Shown: in pieces, positions 18,961 through 29,776 of the stretch
Layout: each line of letters opens with the position of its first letter
Position numbering within the stretch: position 1 is the first letter of the stretch
From: a virus
IMG/VR virus record: IMGVR_UViG_3300035670_000110
Coordinates: 24,609-88,608 of that record
Direction: 5' to 3' (one strand)
DNA: 64,000 nucleotides
Made by a program: the position numbers and the translations under genes
Notes under the pieces: model-generated
Told to the model about the DNA's origin: nothing
Database searches by the model: none
Seen by the model: only the letters and a program-made list of their open reading frames with translations

Positions 18961-21900
18961 TTATAAACTCCTGCTATGGTTTCTTCTATTATTTGATGAA
19001 TTAATCATACTAGCAACCTTGTTAGCAATTGCTGTAGCACTCTTTCCACTAGCACCATTGATTATAATTTTAACATTTGATTTGCTTCCGCCATAATTAT
19101 TTGATACACCAGAAACATTTGATGGCATAACAGGAACTGAGAATTTCGGATCTTGCATGGATGACATTCCAAAATTACCAGCGTTAATTTGATCTAACAT
19201 TCCTCTACCGTACTTATTTACCGCACCAGCCTTTACCACATACTCTCCATTGGAGAGCATAGCGGGAATCATATCTGATCTTGGACCACCCCTCCCGGCA
19301 ACAAAACCACCGGAAGCATATTTTGCAATAGGAGTACCTGCTCTGTCGAAGAACATTCTGTGCCAAGGACTGCTTAAAGAAGTATATTTAACCGGACTTC
19401 CCGCTTCAATAACCTGATCGTTTCCGGCATATATTGCAATGTGCCTTCCCGATGGAGCCAGCCCAGTATTACTGTAATATAAAAGATCTCCAATTTTTAA
19501 TGATGAAGATGGAATTGGCGGCTGAGAACCGTCTCCAGGCCGTCCGCTAATTCTTCTTGCAACAATTCTAGAACTATTAATTTGACTTTCTGAATAAGAT
19601 AAAAGACCATATTTTTTATAACCATCGGGAACGCCTAAATTATATGACATTGCTGTCAGACCAGAGCAGCCCCAAGAATCTGGACCATTTACATTAACAA
19701 GACTGTAAGGCTCTCCTAGTTGCTGTTTGGCGAATTCTAATGCTAAAACTCCATCTGGATTTGATCCAGAATCTTGTGATGGGGTAGTTGCCCCCCTATA
19801 TCCCAAGAATGCAGGCCATAGATTGTTTGTGTTTGTTTCTGTTGAAACGCCCCACCAAGGTCTTCCATTATACTCACTCCAATCAAATCCGGCACTTGTA
19901 CCGTTATAGTTTTTCAACATCGCCCATGGTAAAAATGTTTGACCTCTATTAGATACATGCTCGTATGCCATTCTAGAGTTATAATTTCCATCCAATAATT
20001 GAGAAATATTAAACCATGGCTGACTTCCATAAGATCTTTTATTAATTTGGAAAAGACCGTAGTCACCATTTCCTTCAGAATACATTGAAGGATTATTAAT
20101 ATGATCAGAATATTTTCCTGGCTGACCGCCAGACTCTCTCATGGCAATGGTCCAGGCTAATCTATGTAAATCTCTTGGCCAGCCGCCAGCATCTAAATAT
20201 GTTAAAACATTTTGAGCGGTTGTTAATGTGTGACCTAATCCTGCTAGAACAGATTCATTAAATATCGGTGTTCCAGTTGCTCCGCCGTCTCCATATGGTG
20301 TGCTAGGTGGACTTCCTGGCTCACCGGAACCTGCTCCATTATTAGGATCTTCTACAGGAGTCTCTCTTAATTGTCTTCCATATACAAATCTTGGATCGGC
20401 CTGACCGACAAGTCCACCTTCAGCAAACCCTGTTGCTTTTTCATTAATTTCAAGCAGCCTCATTTCCGCATTATCCTCAGACAATGAGGTGATTAATCTA
20501 GATAAAGCAAGTGCCGCGCCTGTTCCTCCTAGTACTGTGCCAGTTCCTACAGCGGTTGTATAATATAAGGCCCCAGTTTCTACTTGATCTTCTGTTAGAG
20601 GGGAAAGACCATTCCTCGCTCTATTTGAATTTATCATTGGAACTATGTTATTACGGTATGGATATTGTATAGTTGATGAACCTAAATCTTTACCAATTCT
20701 TAAAAGGCCAGCAGTTTTTTCTCCAATAGAAAGTTGATCTCCCCAATAAAATGGACTATTTTTATTAAAAGCATGTTTTGCTGAATTATATAAAAATGTT
20801 GCTTTAAATGATGGAGTATTTCCATAAGAGTTTCCTGGTACATATCCTTTAAAATATGGTACTACATTATGAGATCCAGGAGACACCCCAATTTTTGAAA
20901 ATAGTATAGACATCGTTCTTATCCGATTTGCTTCGGCGGCGGCCTCAAGAGATCCGTAGGTTCTTTCACTGGAACTTGCTGGCCATTGTTGAGCACCACG
21001 ACTAAAAAGGTTGTTAAAGTCTAGAGCATGACCACCCTCATGTGCGGTAACACCCATAAGTTCAAAAATGTCTCCTGGGGTGGAATTAATTTGTGTTCCG
21101 GTATAAGGGTTATCGACCCCTCCCTGTAACTGATGTCCATTAAAAATTTGATCAACTACGTTATCCCAGGAAGATTTATTTACTACTGTTCCGGGGGCAG
21201 CAGGACCATAAAGTTGTGAAAGCATTGAATCCATTGAGGGATCTTTTCCAAAAATATAACCTTCTTCTGGAACAAAGTTTTTCATGCTCACTAGATTAGA
21301 GTGAGATCCCCAATATATATCTCTTTTAAGATTTTGCGCTTTATTATCATTATAAATAAAGTGGGACAAATATTTTCTATAAGCAGATTGAATTTCTGGA
21401 GAAATATTAAGTCCGACATAATAAGGATTTATTCCTGGTGGCAATTCTTTTTCTGGAAGACTGTTTAAATAATTTATAAGAACTTCACTTTGATCAACCC
21501 CTTCTTGATACTTTGGATCATTTCTATAAAGAAAGGGTTTTTCTGACTTTACTCCTGAAGAATAATTTCTCATGACCCCGGCTGTTTTAAATCTACTGAG
21601 TAGTCCAGATATTCCTTTAGGGATTGGAATAGGAGCAAAACTAGCAGCAAATAAAGCAGCGTCTAAAGCAGCACGATCTGCGTAATCTCTTTCATATTCT
21701 TCCTGGGTAACTCCCATTACCCAGGATGGAAGGGAGAACTGGGCGCTGGTGTTTGATCTAATTCCATATGGGGTTGGCCTAGTAGATGCTAATGTTCTTA
21801 CTCCCCCCAGACCTAATAAAGATAGAGTTGCTGAAAATCCTTGTCTAAGCCCATTCCACATCTCTCCAAGAATGCTTTCTGCAACAGGGTCTGGCCTAAC

Positions 21901-24900
21901 AATGTTATAATCTAAATTCTGGGGAACTCCATAATTTATGAGTCCGGTTCCAGCAGTAACAGGTTTTGTGGTAGGAGCAGGAGGTGGAGTAGTAGATTTT
22001 GAATACCCATAATATGGTTGACGCATTACTTGTCCGGCATAACCACCTATTTGGTTTGCAGTATTATTAGAAATTTGTCTTTGTTGAGATTGTTGTTCTA
22101 ATCTATCTGCGGATACATATCCACCTTCCGCAAATCTGGCCTGATTGATGGAATTCATCATTCCTACGCCGTACTTTTTAACAGATGATGCTTTTACAAC
22201 ATATTCACCATTAGAAAGTCTGGCTGGGATGGAATCAGATTTAGGACCTCCTGGTCCAGAAACATAACCTCCTGAATTAAATTTTACATCATATCTTTGA
22301 GTCGCGGGGTTCCATATATATCTCTTTCCATCGGGACCTGTAATTTCATTCCCACTATATGTTGTTTGCCAATTTGGAAGGAATCCTGAGCCTCCGCCAG
22401 AAGGAGTATTATTATTATTCTGTCTAGGTGGTGGGGGTGAGTAACCTGGAGGCTGTGTTTGTCCAGGGCTTCTATAATCTTCTGTCTGCGGTGTTGAAAC
22501 AGTTTGTATCCAATTTAAAATAGTTTGTAGAGGATCTTCTCCCGTCCTGGGCCTTCCAGTTACATCTCTTCCTCCCATGAGGGCGAAGTAATCTCCAGAA
22601 ATAAGTGACGCTGCCTCTCTTTGAGCCGCTTCAATATCTACAGTCAATCCGCTTTCTAGTTGCTTTCTTATAGCATCATCAAGGAATCTTTGATATCTAA
22701 GTTTAAGAATAATTGACATTTCTTCCATGTATCTTTTGCCAAATTCTTCCCCTAGTCTTTTAGTGACTTCTTTCGCACTCGTGATTTGCCCAGCATCATT
22801 TTGGCTTTGAATAACGCGGAGGTCAGCCAACTTAGTAGTTTGTTCGTTAATAGTGTCTCTAAAAGATTTTCTCTCTTCTCGCTGCCTTCTCTTAAAATTC
22901 CTTAAACGCCTTTCATATAATTCTTCTGCTTTATCTGCTGCTTCCTGTTCAGCCTCAATTTGATCATTTATTAAATCGATTCTTGTTTGGGTATCTTTTT
23001 CAAATTGTTCTTGTTTTTCTTGCTCTGTTTCTATTGTTTTATCTATAGAATCAATTTCTCTGTCCCGAGCCTCTTCGATACCTTTAATTTGTTCATCGTA
23101 TGCAAATTGTTGAGCATCTTGAGACATTTGTTGTCTATCTTGCAAGAATCCAAAAACATCTCCAGATGCAAGTTTTTCAAGGGCTGATAGAGCAGTTTTT
23201 CTTTGATTAGAATAAAAGTTATCTACTTTCTGTCTCTTTTGAATAGAATTAATATAGTTTTCCGTTGATTCATTTATTCTATCTTTTTCTTCATTTAACC
23301 CTTCGATCTTTTCTTCAAATCTTTCTCTTTCTTCTTCTGCAGCATCAGAGATGGCCTCTTTTTGTTTTTCAAGACTTTCTATTGTTTTTTCACTATCTCT
23401 GACAGATTGATTCCTTAGTCTTCTTTGCTTTCTTTCATATCTTTCATACTGTCTATCTAGTTTTTCTAAACCTTCTTGAGAATTTTGAATTAATTCTTCT
23501 GTGAAACCTATTTGTTTGTCAATTAAACTTCCAGCACTCTCTGTGAGTCCAGCAGCAATATCATTAATTTGATCTTGTAATTCTGCTCTGTTGGTTGTAA
23601 TGACAATTTCTGCTTCTAGTTTTAAGGGTCCTCCAACCATTAAAGCGTCTATAATATCCTGTATACTCATCCCCGCAGATAAAGCCTTTGATACCTGAAG
23701 GGCCAATTCTTCATCCATACCAATCATTGCAGCAAGAATAGCCCCTCTTACAGGATCTATTTCATTAATAAAATCTTTAATTGGCTGTGGGTCAAAGGCC
23801 ATCGCTGTAGATTCTTTTGCTATTTTAATAATTTGATCCATGGCCTCCATGGTTTCTTTGGGAGCCTCTTTAAAGTTTTCAAACATTATTTCTGTAATTT
23901 TTACAATACTTTCTGCGCTAATGTCGGCCATTTCCTCTATATTGGTTTGCATTTGATGGATTTGTCTTGTAACATTGGCAGCATTATCTATAGTCTCTTG
24001 CATTTTATCTTTATCAAAAATGTTTTCAAAGGCTTCGAAGTCAGTTGCTGCTCTAAGAATTTGCAGAGGAATGCTGAGATTAGTTATAAAACTTGTTAAT
24101 CCTGTACTAAGATCTCCAACCGAATTTTCCAGATTTTGAGCAATTACACCAGAAAATCTTTCTGCACCATTGAGAGTATTCTCTAGTTTATCAAGTCCTT
24201 GTTGAGTAACATCTATGGTTAATTTTTGTTTTTCTGGGTCAAACAGGTTAGCCATAGCACTGGCCAACTCTTCCGCTGTTTTTTGTTCAAACAAGCCATT
24301 CTTTAATCCTATTGCGTAGGCTTGTCCTCCAGTATAACCCGCTTCAGCGGCTATCGCCTTTACTGCATCAACAGCCTGCTCTTCTGAGAGTCCGCTTGTA
24401 ATCATTTTATTAAATGCTAGGGCTAATTCTCTAGAACCGGCTTCTGCTCCACCATATTTTATTTTTTCAATCAGGTTTCCGTAATCTTGTTGAACTGCTT
24501 TTTTAAGATTTTCATCTATTTCGCCAATTTCTCCCACCTGACTTGAGGCTTGCTTAAGTTTTTCTGTAACATCAGTTATCTGTATACCAAAAAACTCTGC
24601 TGTTTTTGCAGGATCTTCAAATGATGCAACGGCTCTTTTTCTTGCTTCTTCCGCCGCTTTTTGGTACATCATATAGCCGCCGACAGTGGTTGCGAGCGCT
24701 GCGGCAATTCCTATGCCAATAGGACCGCCAAGCATGGAAACTGCGCCGCCTGCTCTAAAAAGAAGATTTCCTTTTGATGCAGCGCCTGTTGCTAAATTGG
24801 AAGTTGGTCCAATAGCCGCCTTTGATGCTTGCATCTTTGTTCCTAGGCTTCCAAGGCCAAGGAAATTCCCCATCACATTCTTTCCGCTAAACATTTGCAT

Positions 24901-27900
24901 CATAGCGGCTGCGCCCATTACAGCCCCGGAAAGAATTCCTAGTTTCATTGCTAAATCATTTGAAGCCCCACCAGCCATACTCATACTTCCGACAAGCATT
25001 GATGATGCAAAGGCAATGTTCATCAACCCCATGCCTTTCATCATTTGCGGTTGATTTTCAGCGGCCTGGCGGGAGGATGCCAGAGACTCCTGCGGCCCTC
25101 CAGTTTGAGTTGGGCTATTCATTAAAGCGGTCCATCTTTGTTGAAATGCTTGTGATGTAAGGTCTGGAGTTTTTATTTTAATGGGAGAAACAGACCCATC
25201 TCTATTAATCATCGCCCCATTGTCTGCATACATGGGCTTCGGGATCATGACTTCATTGGGCATTACTCTTAGCATTGGGCCGCGAGGAGTCATTACAAAC
25301 GGTCTTGGGCCTGGTCCAGATGGACGCTGCATGGATGGAGGAACTGCACCTGGACCAACAATTCCTGGTCTTCTCCCCGAACTTCTAGCAGGTGGTATTG
25401 GAGTTGTGCCCATTACCTGTGATTCTGTTAACGCTATAGATCTTCTGGCGGCGGCGGGGATATCTCCACCAGCCGCCTTAATCGCTTGAGCAACATTAGT
25501 AGCAATCGGAAGTTCTCTAGGCAAAAGCCTCCCTCCGCCAGTCAGCCTTTCATCTATTATTGCTTTAAACAAAGGTGCCCAAATTCTTTTTGTGGGTCCG
25601 TCTTTACCCCAGATATTTTTGTTATCTGGCTGATCTAGCATAGATCCTATAATTTTTTCCATCAATCTCAACTGTGACGGTGTTTTTGGATGTCTAACTT
25701 CTATATCACCTGTTAGTGGATCTATTTTAAGAAGAGAGGGTCTTGAATCTCCCCTTCTTTGTATTTCTGAAATTATATGTCTCCCGGCATTGCCTCGGGT
25801 CAGATTTTCCAATGCCTGATTTTCTGCGCCAGATGAAAGTAAAAGGTTTGCTGGATCAAAATACTTTACGCCACCACGAATATCTTTTTCATAATGGGCC
25901 AAGTGTACTTTTGTTGCATCTCTTAATTGTGTATCGTTTTCAAAAGAGATTCCTGCTCTTCGTGCAATTTCTTGCACCACCTCTGCCATTCTAATCTTCT
26001 GTGCTTCATGAACTAAGGCGTCTCTCATTTTATCGGGGGTCGATGTTTTATGCCCTCCACGACCAGCGGCAGGTTCGACAATATCTCCAAAGGCATATCC
26101 ACGAACCTCACCACGATTCATTGCTCTTAAAAATTCAACGTTTCCTCTGGCGGCTTCTTTTCTTACAACAAATTCGCCTGGCTCAAGGAGGGCTGGAACT
26201 TTGTCCCCTCCGCCGTAACCGCCTGGAACTTTTTCTGGACTGGTAGACCCCATCTGTCTTCTTATAACAGTCGGTGCCCGTCCAGCGGGAGCAAGTGATC
26301 CGGGCGCAAAGAGACCGGGGTTGGTTTTCATTAAATATCCTAAAGATCCTGAATAAGCAGACATCACACTTACTAATCTTTTAAGGGCAGCCTCTTGTGT
26401 CAGAAATGATGTTGTTAAATTATCAACGCCCAGCCTGGCTGCCATAACGTCGGCGGTAAGTAATTCAAATTTTTCAAATCTCAATCCTGCTATTTTTGCA
26501 CCCATTCTAACTATCATCATGCTGAATTTAATTCCATTAGCAATAAGGTTTCCGAATAAACCGACAAGCATGACTACAGGTCCTGCTAAAGCAGTTAATA
26601 AGATCGCATACTTACTAAAGTTTTTTACCGGCTCTGGAAGTGCCTGAAAGAATTCCATAAAACTCTTAATTCCCCCACCAATACTAGAAAGAACTGGAAT
26701 AAGAGTCTCTGTTAGCAGATTTCCAAGTGGAATTAAAGAGTTTTTCAAATTTTCAATAGTTCTTTGAAATCTCATTGAAGATGATTCTTGTAAAGCCTTT
26801 AATTCTTTATTTGCAATTCCGGCCAATTCTGTACTGCTTGCAGAGGCAAGTTCCATAACAGAAAGAGTTTGAGAACCTTGTCGGCGGAGGTTGGCAAAAA
26901 GAGCCGCCATACGAGCAAATTGATATTTTCCAAAGACTTTTTCAAGAACTTGTGCTCTAGAAAAATCATCAAGTCCTTGCAGGGCATCTTGCAGCCCAAA
27001 AATCATAGGCAGCAATTCCCCTCTACCGTTTTCAATAATATTTTCTAGGGAAACTCCAAATCCTGCTGCTACTTCTTTTGCCTGTTTCGTAGGATTGATT
27101 AATCTACCAAGTCCAGATTTTAGAGCGTTTGCAGCCTCACCCGCAGAAACGCCTCCTTCGCGCATGGCAACAAGCAGGAGTGCCATATCTTTAATGTCTC
27201 CTCCAAGAGCCTGAATGACAGGGCCAACTCTTGGAATGGCTCCTGCTAAATCCTGAAGGTTGGTCGATGTTTGATTTTCTACGGCATTCAAGAAGTCAAT
27301 AGACTCTGCCAATTCATTGGTATTTAGTTTAAATGCATTTTGAATTGACAGGGTGGCACGCATTGCCTCTTGTCTTTCAACTTCACCTAAGACAGATAAT
27401 CTTGTCGTTTGTCTTACAGATGAAAGAAGTTCTTCTCCCTCTTTACCCGTTTGAGCAATATCTGCGGCCAGGGCTGCTGTTTCTTTTGCAGCAATTCCAT
27501 AAGAAGAACTAATTTCATATGCGAGTTGTTGAACACTGTCGCGCATTTTTTTAGTAGAATCTTCTACTGTATTAACAAGATCTGCTCCGTAAACTTTTTC
27601 AAACCTAGTTAATTCTTTATCAATTTCGCGGAATTGTTTTGACACAAGTGCGGTAAACATGACCAACGGAAGGGTGAAGCCTACCATCAACTGGCGACCA
27701 GTCCACTGAGTGTTTTTACCAAAGTTTAGAAGTCTTTCACTTCCCCCGCGAACTAATTCGTTAAAAATAGAGAATTTTTGAGACGCCATAGCAGCAGAAG
27801 TGCCCATTGCTGACAAGGCTGTTGGAGTAAGAAGAGCACCAGTGGCAGCGCCGCCAGCAGTGCCCCCCATAGGAACCAGCATAGATTGTTGCATTCTTAC

Positions 27901-28239
27901 CTGCTGTGCGGCAAGTTGCTTCATCATGCTATTTTGTTTTGTATATCCGGCAATCGCTTCGCGGAAGTACTGCCTCATTGTAAGTTTTTGACGTTGTAGT
28001 GCTTTGCCAAAATCATCTACTGCTGTAGTACTTTTTACCATTTGGGTGGTGAATCCACCAATTTGTCCAACATTTGTCATAAATGTGGACGCCAAAGATG
28101 CTTGCGCCTTTAATGCGCTTTTATCTAAAGTATTAAATGCAGCCGTAAGACCTGCAATATTGCCAGTAAGTGCCTTTATTTGAGCCTGTGCTGGGGAAAG
28201 GTTGGCATTATATGTGATGGTAGAATAAATATTAGCCAA
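18961..28239 (-). CDS. Tape measure protein with cargo domains (HExxH peptidase-like, lysozyme/SLT-like, NlpC/P60)
   Basis: TP901-like TMP core (DFLNAVENQT, GEAANALKS), hydrophobic segments and a long coiled coil. Also AHEGGHALD, IAMRESGG/DYGLFQIN and GCSGLT/GDLLYY/HIAIYAG. Confidence 0.93.
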   Translation of the reverse strand: MANIYSTITYNANLSPAQAQIKALTGNIAGLTAAFNTLDKSALKAQASLASTFMTNVGQIGGFTTQMVKSTTAVDDFGKALQRQKLTMRQYFREAIAGYTKQNSMMKQLAAQQVRMQQSMLVPMGGTAGGAATGALLTPTALSAMGTSAAMASQKFSIFNELVRGGSERLLNFGKNTQWTGRQLMVGFTLPLVMFTALVSKQFREIDKELTRFEKVYGADLVNTVEDSTKKMRDSVQQLAYEISSSYGIAAKETAALAADIAQTGKEGEELLSSVRQTTRLSVLGEVERQEAMRATLSIQNAFKLNTNELAESIDFLNAVENQTSTNLQDLAGAIPRVGPVIQALGGDIKDMALLLVAMREGGVSAGEAANALKSGLGRLINPTKQAKEVAAGFGVSLENIIENGRGELLPMIFGLQDALQGLDDFSRAQVLEKVFGKYQFARMAALFANLRRQGSQTLSVMELASASSTELAGIANKELKALQESSSMRFQRTIENLKNSLIPLGNLLTETLIPVLSSIGGGIKSFMEFFQALPEPVKNFSKYAILLTALAGPVVMLVGLFGNLIANGIKFSMMIVRMGAKIAGLRFEKFELLTADVMAARLGVDNLTTSFLTQEAALKRLVSVMSAYSGSLGYLMKTNPGLFAPGSLAPAGRAPTVIRRQMGSTSPEKVPGGYGGGDKVPALLEPGEFVVRKEAARGNVEFLRAMNRGEVRGYAFGDIVEPAAGRGGHKTSTPDKMRDALVHEAQKIRMAEVVQEIARRAGISFENDTQLRDATKVHLAHYEKDIRGGVKYFDPANLLLSSGAENQALENLTRGNAGRHIISEIQRRGDSRPSLLKIDPLTGDIEVRHPKTPSQLRLMEKIIGSMLDQPDNKNIWGKDGPTKRIWAPLFKAIIDERLTGGGRLLPRELPIATNVAQAIKAAGGDIPAAARRSIALTESQVMGTTPIPPARSSGRRPGIVGPGAVPPSMQRPSGPGPRPFVMTPRGPMLRVMPNEVMIPKPMYADNGAMINRDGSVSPIKIKTPDLTSQAFQQRWTALMNSPTQTGGPQESLASSRQAAENQPQMMKGMGLMNIAFASSMLVGSMSMAGGASNDLAMKLGILSGAVMGAAAMMQMFSGKNVMGNFLGLGSLGTKMQASKAAIGPTSNLATGAASKGNLLFRAGGAVSMLGGPIGIGIAAALATTVGGYMMYQKAAEEARKRAVASFEDPAKTAEFFGIQITDVTEKLKQASSQVGEIGEIDENLKKAVQQDYGNLIEKIKYGGAEAGSRELALAFNKMITSGLSEEQAVDAVKAIAAEAGYTGGQAYAIGLKNGLFEQKTAEELASAMANLFDPEKQKLTIDVTQQGLDKLENTLNGAERFSGVIAQNLENSVGDLSTGLTSFITNLSIPLQILRAATDFEAFENIFDKDKMQETIDNAANVTRQIHQMQTNIEEMADISAESIVKITEIMFENFKEAPKETMEAMDQIIKIAKESTAMAFDPQPIKDFINEIDPVRGAILAAMIGMDEELALQVSKALSAGMSIQDIIDALMVGGPLKLEAEIVITTNRAELQDQINDIAAGLTESAGSLIDKQIGFTEELIQNSQEGLEKLDRQYERYERKQRRLRNQSVRDSEKTIESLEKQKEAISDAAEEERERFEEKIEGLNEEKDRINESTENYINSIQKRQKVDNFYSNQRKTALSALEKLASGDVFGFLQDRQQMSQDAQQFAYDEQIKGIEEARDREIDSIDKTIETEQEKQEQFEKDTQTRIDLINDQIEAEQEAADKAEELYERRLRNFKRRQREERKSFRDTINEQTTKLADLRVIQSQNDAGQITSAKEVTKRLGEEFGKRYMEEMSIILKLRYQRFLDDAIRKQLESGLTVDIEAAQREAASLISGDYFALMGGRDVTGRPRTGEDPLQTILNWIQTVSTPQTEDYRSPGQTQPPGYSPPPPRQNNNNTPSGGGSGFLPNWQTTYSGNEITGPDGKRYIWNPATQRYDVKFNSGGYVSGPGGPKSDSIPARLSNGEYVVKASSVKKYGVGMMNSINQARFAEGGYVSADRLEQQSQQRQISNNTANQIGGYAGQVMRQPYYGYSKSTTPPPAPTTKPVTAGTGLINYGVPQNLDYNIVRPDPVAESILGEMWNGLRQGFSATLSLLGLGGVRTLASTRPTPYGIRSNTSAQFSLPSWVMGVTQEEYERDYADRAALDAALFAASFAPIPIPKGISGLLSRFKTAGVMRNYSSGVKSEKPFLYRNDPKYQEGVDQSEVLINYLNSLPEKELPPGINPYYVGLNISPEIQSAYRKYLSHFIYNDNKAQNLKRDIYWGSHSNLVSMKNFVPEEGYIFGKDPSMDSMLSQLYGPAAPGTVVNKSSWDNVVDQIFNGHQLQGGVDNPYTGTQINSTPGDIFELMGVTAHEGGHALDFNNLFSRGAQQWPASSSERTYGSLEAAAEANRIRTMSILFSKIGVSPGSHNVVPYFKGYVPGNSYGNTPSFKATFLYNSAKHAFNKNSPFYWGDQLSIGEKTAGLLRIGKDLGSSTIQYPYRNNIVPMINSNRARNGLSPLTEDQVETGALYYTTAVGTGTVLGGTGAALALSRLITSLSEDNAEMRLLEINEKATGFAEGGLVGQADPRFVYGRQLRETPVEDPNNGAGSGEPGSPPSTPYGDGGATGTPIFNESVLAGLGHTLTTAQNVLTYLDAGGWPRDLHRLAWTIAMRESGGQPGKYSDHINNPSMYSEGNGDYGLFQINKRSYGSQPWFNISQLLDGNYNSRMAYEHVSNRGQTFLPWAMLKNYNGTSAGFDWSEYNGRPWWGVSTETNTNNLWPAFLGYRGATTPSQDSGSNPDGVLALEFAKQQLGEPYSLVNVNGPDSWGCSGLTAMSYNLGVPDGYKKYGLLSYSESQINSSRIVARRISGRPGDGSQPPIPSSSLKIGDLLYYSNTGLAPSGRHIAIYAGNDQVIEAGSPVKYTSLSSPWHRMFFDRAGTPIAKYASGGFVAGRGGPRSDMIPAMLSNGEYVVKAGAVNKYGRGMLDQINAGNFGMSSMQDPKFSVPVMPSNVSGVSNNYGGSKSNVKIIINGASGKSATAIANKVASMINSSNNRRNHSRSL

Positions 28240-28561
28240 GTTCTGCGCCCTCCACTATTTTATATTCTACCCCCATGTCTGGGGTCAAGCCCTGACCGAC
28301 CGCTCCAGCCAAATTCTTGTCTCCAGTTATACGGGCCATAGCCCTTGCCTGAATTTCTTCAACAGTAGGAATATGCTCCTCTTGCAAAGAATCTTCCCCT
28401 TGATCAAGTGAGATACCCTGTAGAGCAGCCATAAACTTTTGTCGCCTCCGTTCAGATTCATATACTGCTTTTAGTGTTGCAGCAAGTTCTGGCATTGACA
28501 GCGACGACTCTAGTTCTTCATAGTCTTTCCAGTGCCCTAGTAGAAAGACTTCACCTAACAT
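28232..28561 (-). CDS. Tail assembly chaperone, C-terminal (T) segment, expressed by -1 frameshift
   Basis: Directly before the TMP. Its frame is open upstream to the slippery site and there is no obvious SD before 28561. Confidence 0.8.
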   Translation of the reverse strand: MLGEVFLLGHWKDYEELESSLSMPELAATLKAVYESERRRQKFMAALQGISLDQGEDSLQEEHIPTVEEIQARAMARITGDKNLAGAVGQGLTPDMGVEYKIVEGAELG

Positions 28562-28572
28562 AGATGCTAGAT

Positions 28573-28905
28573 CTAGATCCTCCCAGCGAGTTCCTGAGCC
28601 GTCGCTACTAGGTTTGGGTCGTTCAACCTAATATCTGCTGCTACCTCTAAAATCTTGTACATTGTTTGAAGATCTACGGCCTCTTCAATGTCTTCTTTTT
28701 CTGATAAATCTGGAGCAAATTGCCTGAAAGCAATTGTTGTGCAATTAATTAGTACGTCAAGGAACTCATCCTCGCTCTTTACTTCAGCGGCTTTTTGCCA
28801 CTCCTTCATAACCTCTCTTAGGTTTTTGAGGTTTAATGGTTTTACTATAATTACTCTTCCATCTAACAATTCAAGTTCTACTGTCTCATAAACTGTTGTC
28901 GCCAT
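28573..28905 (-). CDS. Tail assembly chaperone (G)
   Basis: Between the major tail gene and the TMP; AAAGGA SD; ends with DPN at the slippery site. Confidence 0.85.
   Translation of the reverse strand: MATTVYETVELELLDGRVIIVKPLNLKNLREVMKEWQKAAEVKSEDEFLDVLINCTTIAFRQFAPDLSEKEDIEEAVDLQTMYKILEVAADIRLNDPNLVATAQELAGRI
28612..28618 (-). other. Programmed -1 ribosomal frameshift heptamer C CCA AAC
   Basis: In-frame X XXY YYZ. The -1 frame reads PSSDGSGTRWEDLDLAS straight into MLGEVF with no stop. Confidence 0.85.
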
Positions 28906-28949
28906 TTAATTAATCCTTTCTTCTTAGTAATATTATATATCATATTAAA

Positions 28950-28985
28950 TAATAAAAGCATGGCATTCCTGCCATGCTTTTATTA
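28950..28985. terminator. Intrinsic terminator after the major tail gene (bidirectional form)
   Basis: Perfect 16-bp inverted repeat taataaaagcatggca-ttcc-tgccatgcttttatta. Confidence 0.88.
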
Positions 28986-28999
28986 CAGTGCTTTTAGAA

Positions 29000-29776
29000 T
29001 CAGAAGATTCTGTCGATGATCTTACCATAAGCGGCATTACCATCGGGGGCAACTAAGCCAGCGCCAGTAGCAGGCATAACTCGGAAGTTAACGGGGAAGA
29101 CGGTAGCATCGTCACGACGAACGCCAACGCCAACTGCCTCTACAGAAACTGCACGATAGAGCATATAAATTCTCTCTGCCTTCTTACCTGCGCCACCAGA
29201 TTCGGCAACTGAGGTTGGAGCAGAACCTACGAAGCAAACGGAGCGCTCTACGGGAGCGATACCCAAAGAACCACCATTTAGATGAAGTAGATTTTGCACC
29301 TGTCCTACTGCTGAACCAGAAGCATAAACTGCTGATGCTCCTGCGGTTCCCAGAACGTTAGTAGCGCCGTCTGCTGATGCAGTAAGGTTGTAGGACTGTC
29401 CAAGATCTGTACTCTGGAAGTCTCCAGTAGCACCTGTGGCTCCACCGATAGCAACATACATATTTTCTAATGTTGCCTCTGTGAGGCTGGTTGCCACTGT
29501 AACTCTTTGAGAAGTCTTGAATAGTCTTGCGGTATCAAGGAGTTGGTCAACCATGACATCATTGAAGGTAGGCTCAATGTTTAGAGTTACACCCTCCATG
29601 GTGTAGCCTAGGTGATACCAGTCACCGTCGGGTACAGAAACTACGTTAGTAGGAATCTGAGCGGAAACTGTTGAAGAACTTACATTAATCTTGGTATTTT
29701 CTTGTCCTGCTTTGCCAGCATATACAACTGCTGCGCCAACGATAATATTTTTTGCATTAAAGTCTCTTGCGGCCAT
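29000..29776 (-). CDS. Major tail (tube) protein
   Basis: KNIIVGAA, LGYTMEGV, VDQLLD, TSLTEATLEN, RRDDATVFPVNFR; strong AAGGAGGT SD; followed by a terminator. Confidence 0.88.
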   Translation of the reverse strand: MAARDFNAKNIIVGAAVVYAGKAGQENTKINVSSSTVSAQIPTNVVSVPDGDWYHLGYTMEGVTLNIEPTFNDVMVDQLLDTARLFKTSQRVTVATSLTEATLENMYVAIGGATGATGDFQSTDLGQSYNLTASADGATNVLGTAGASAVYASGSAVGQVQNLLHLNGGSLGIAPVERSVCFVGSAPTSVAESGGAGKKAERIYMLYRAVSVEAVGVGVRRDDATVFPVNFRVMPATGAGLVAPDGNAAYGKIIDRIF

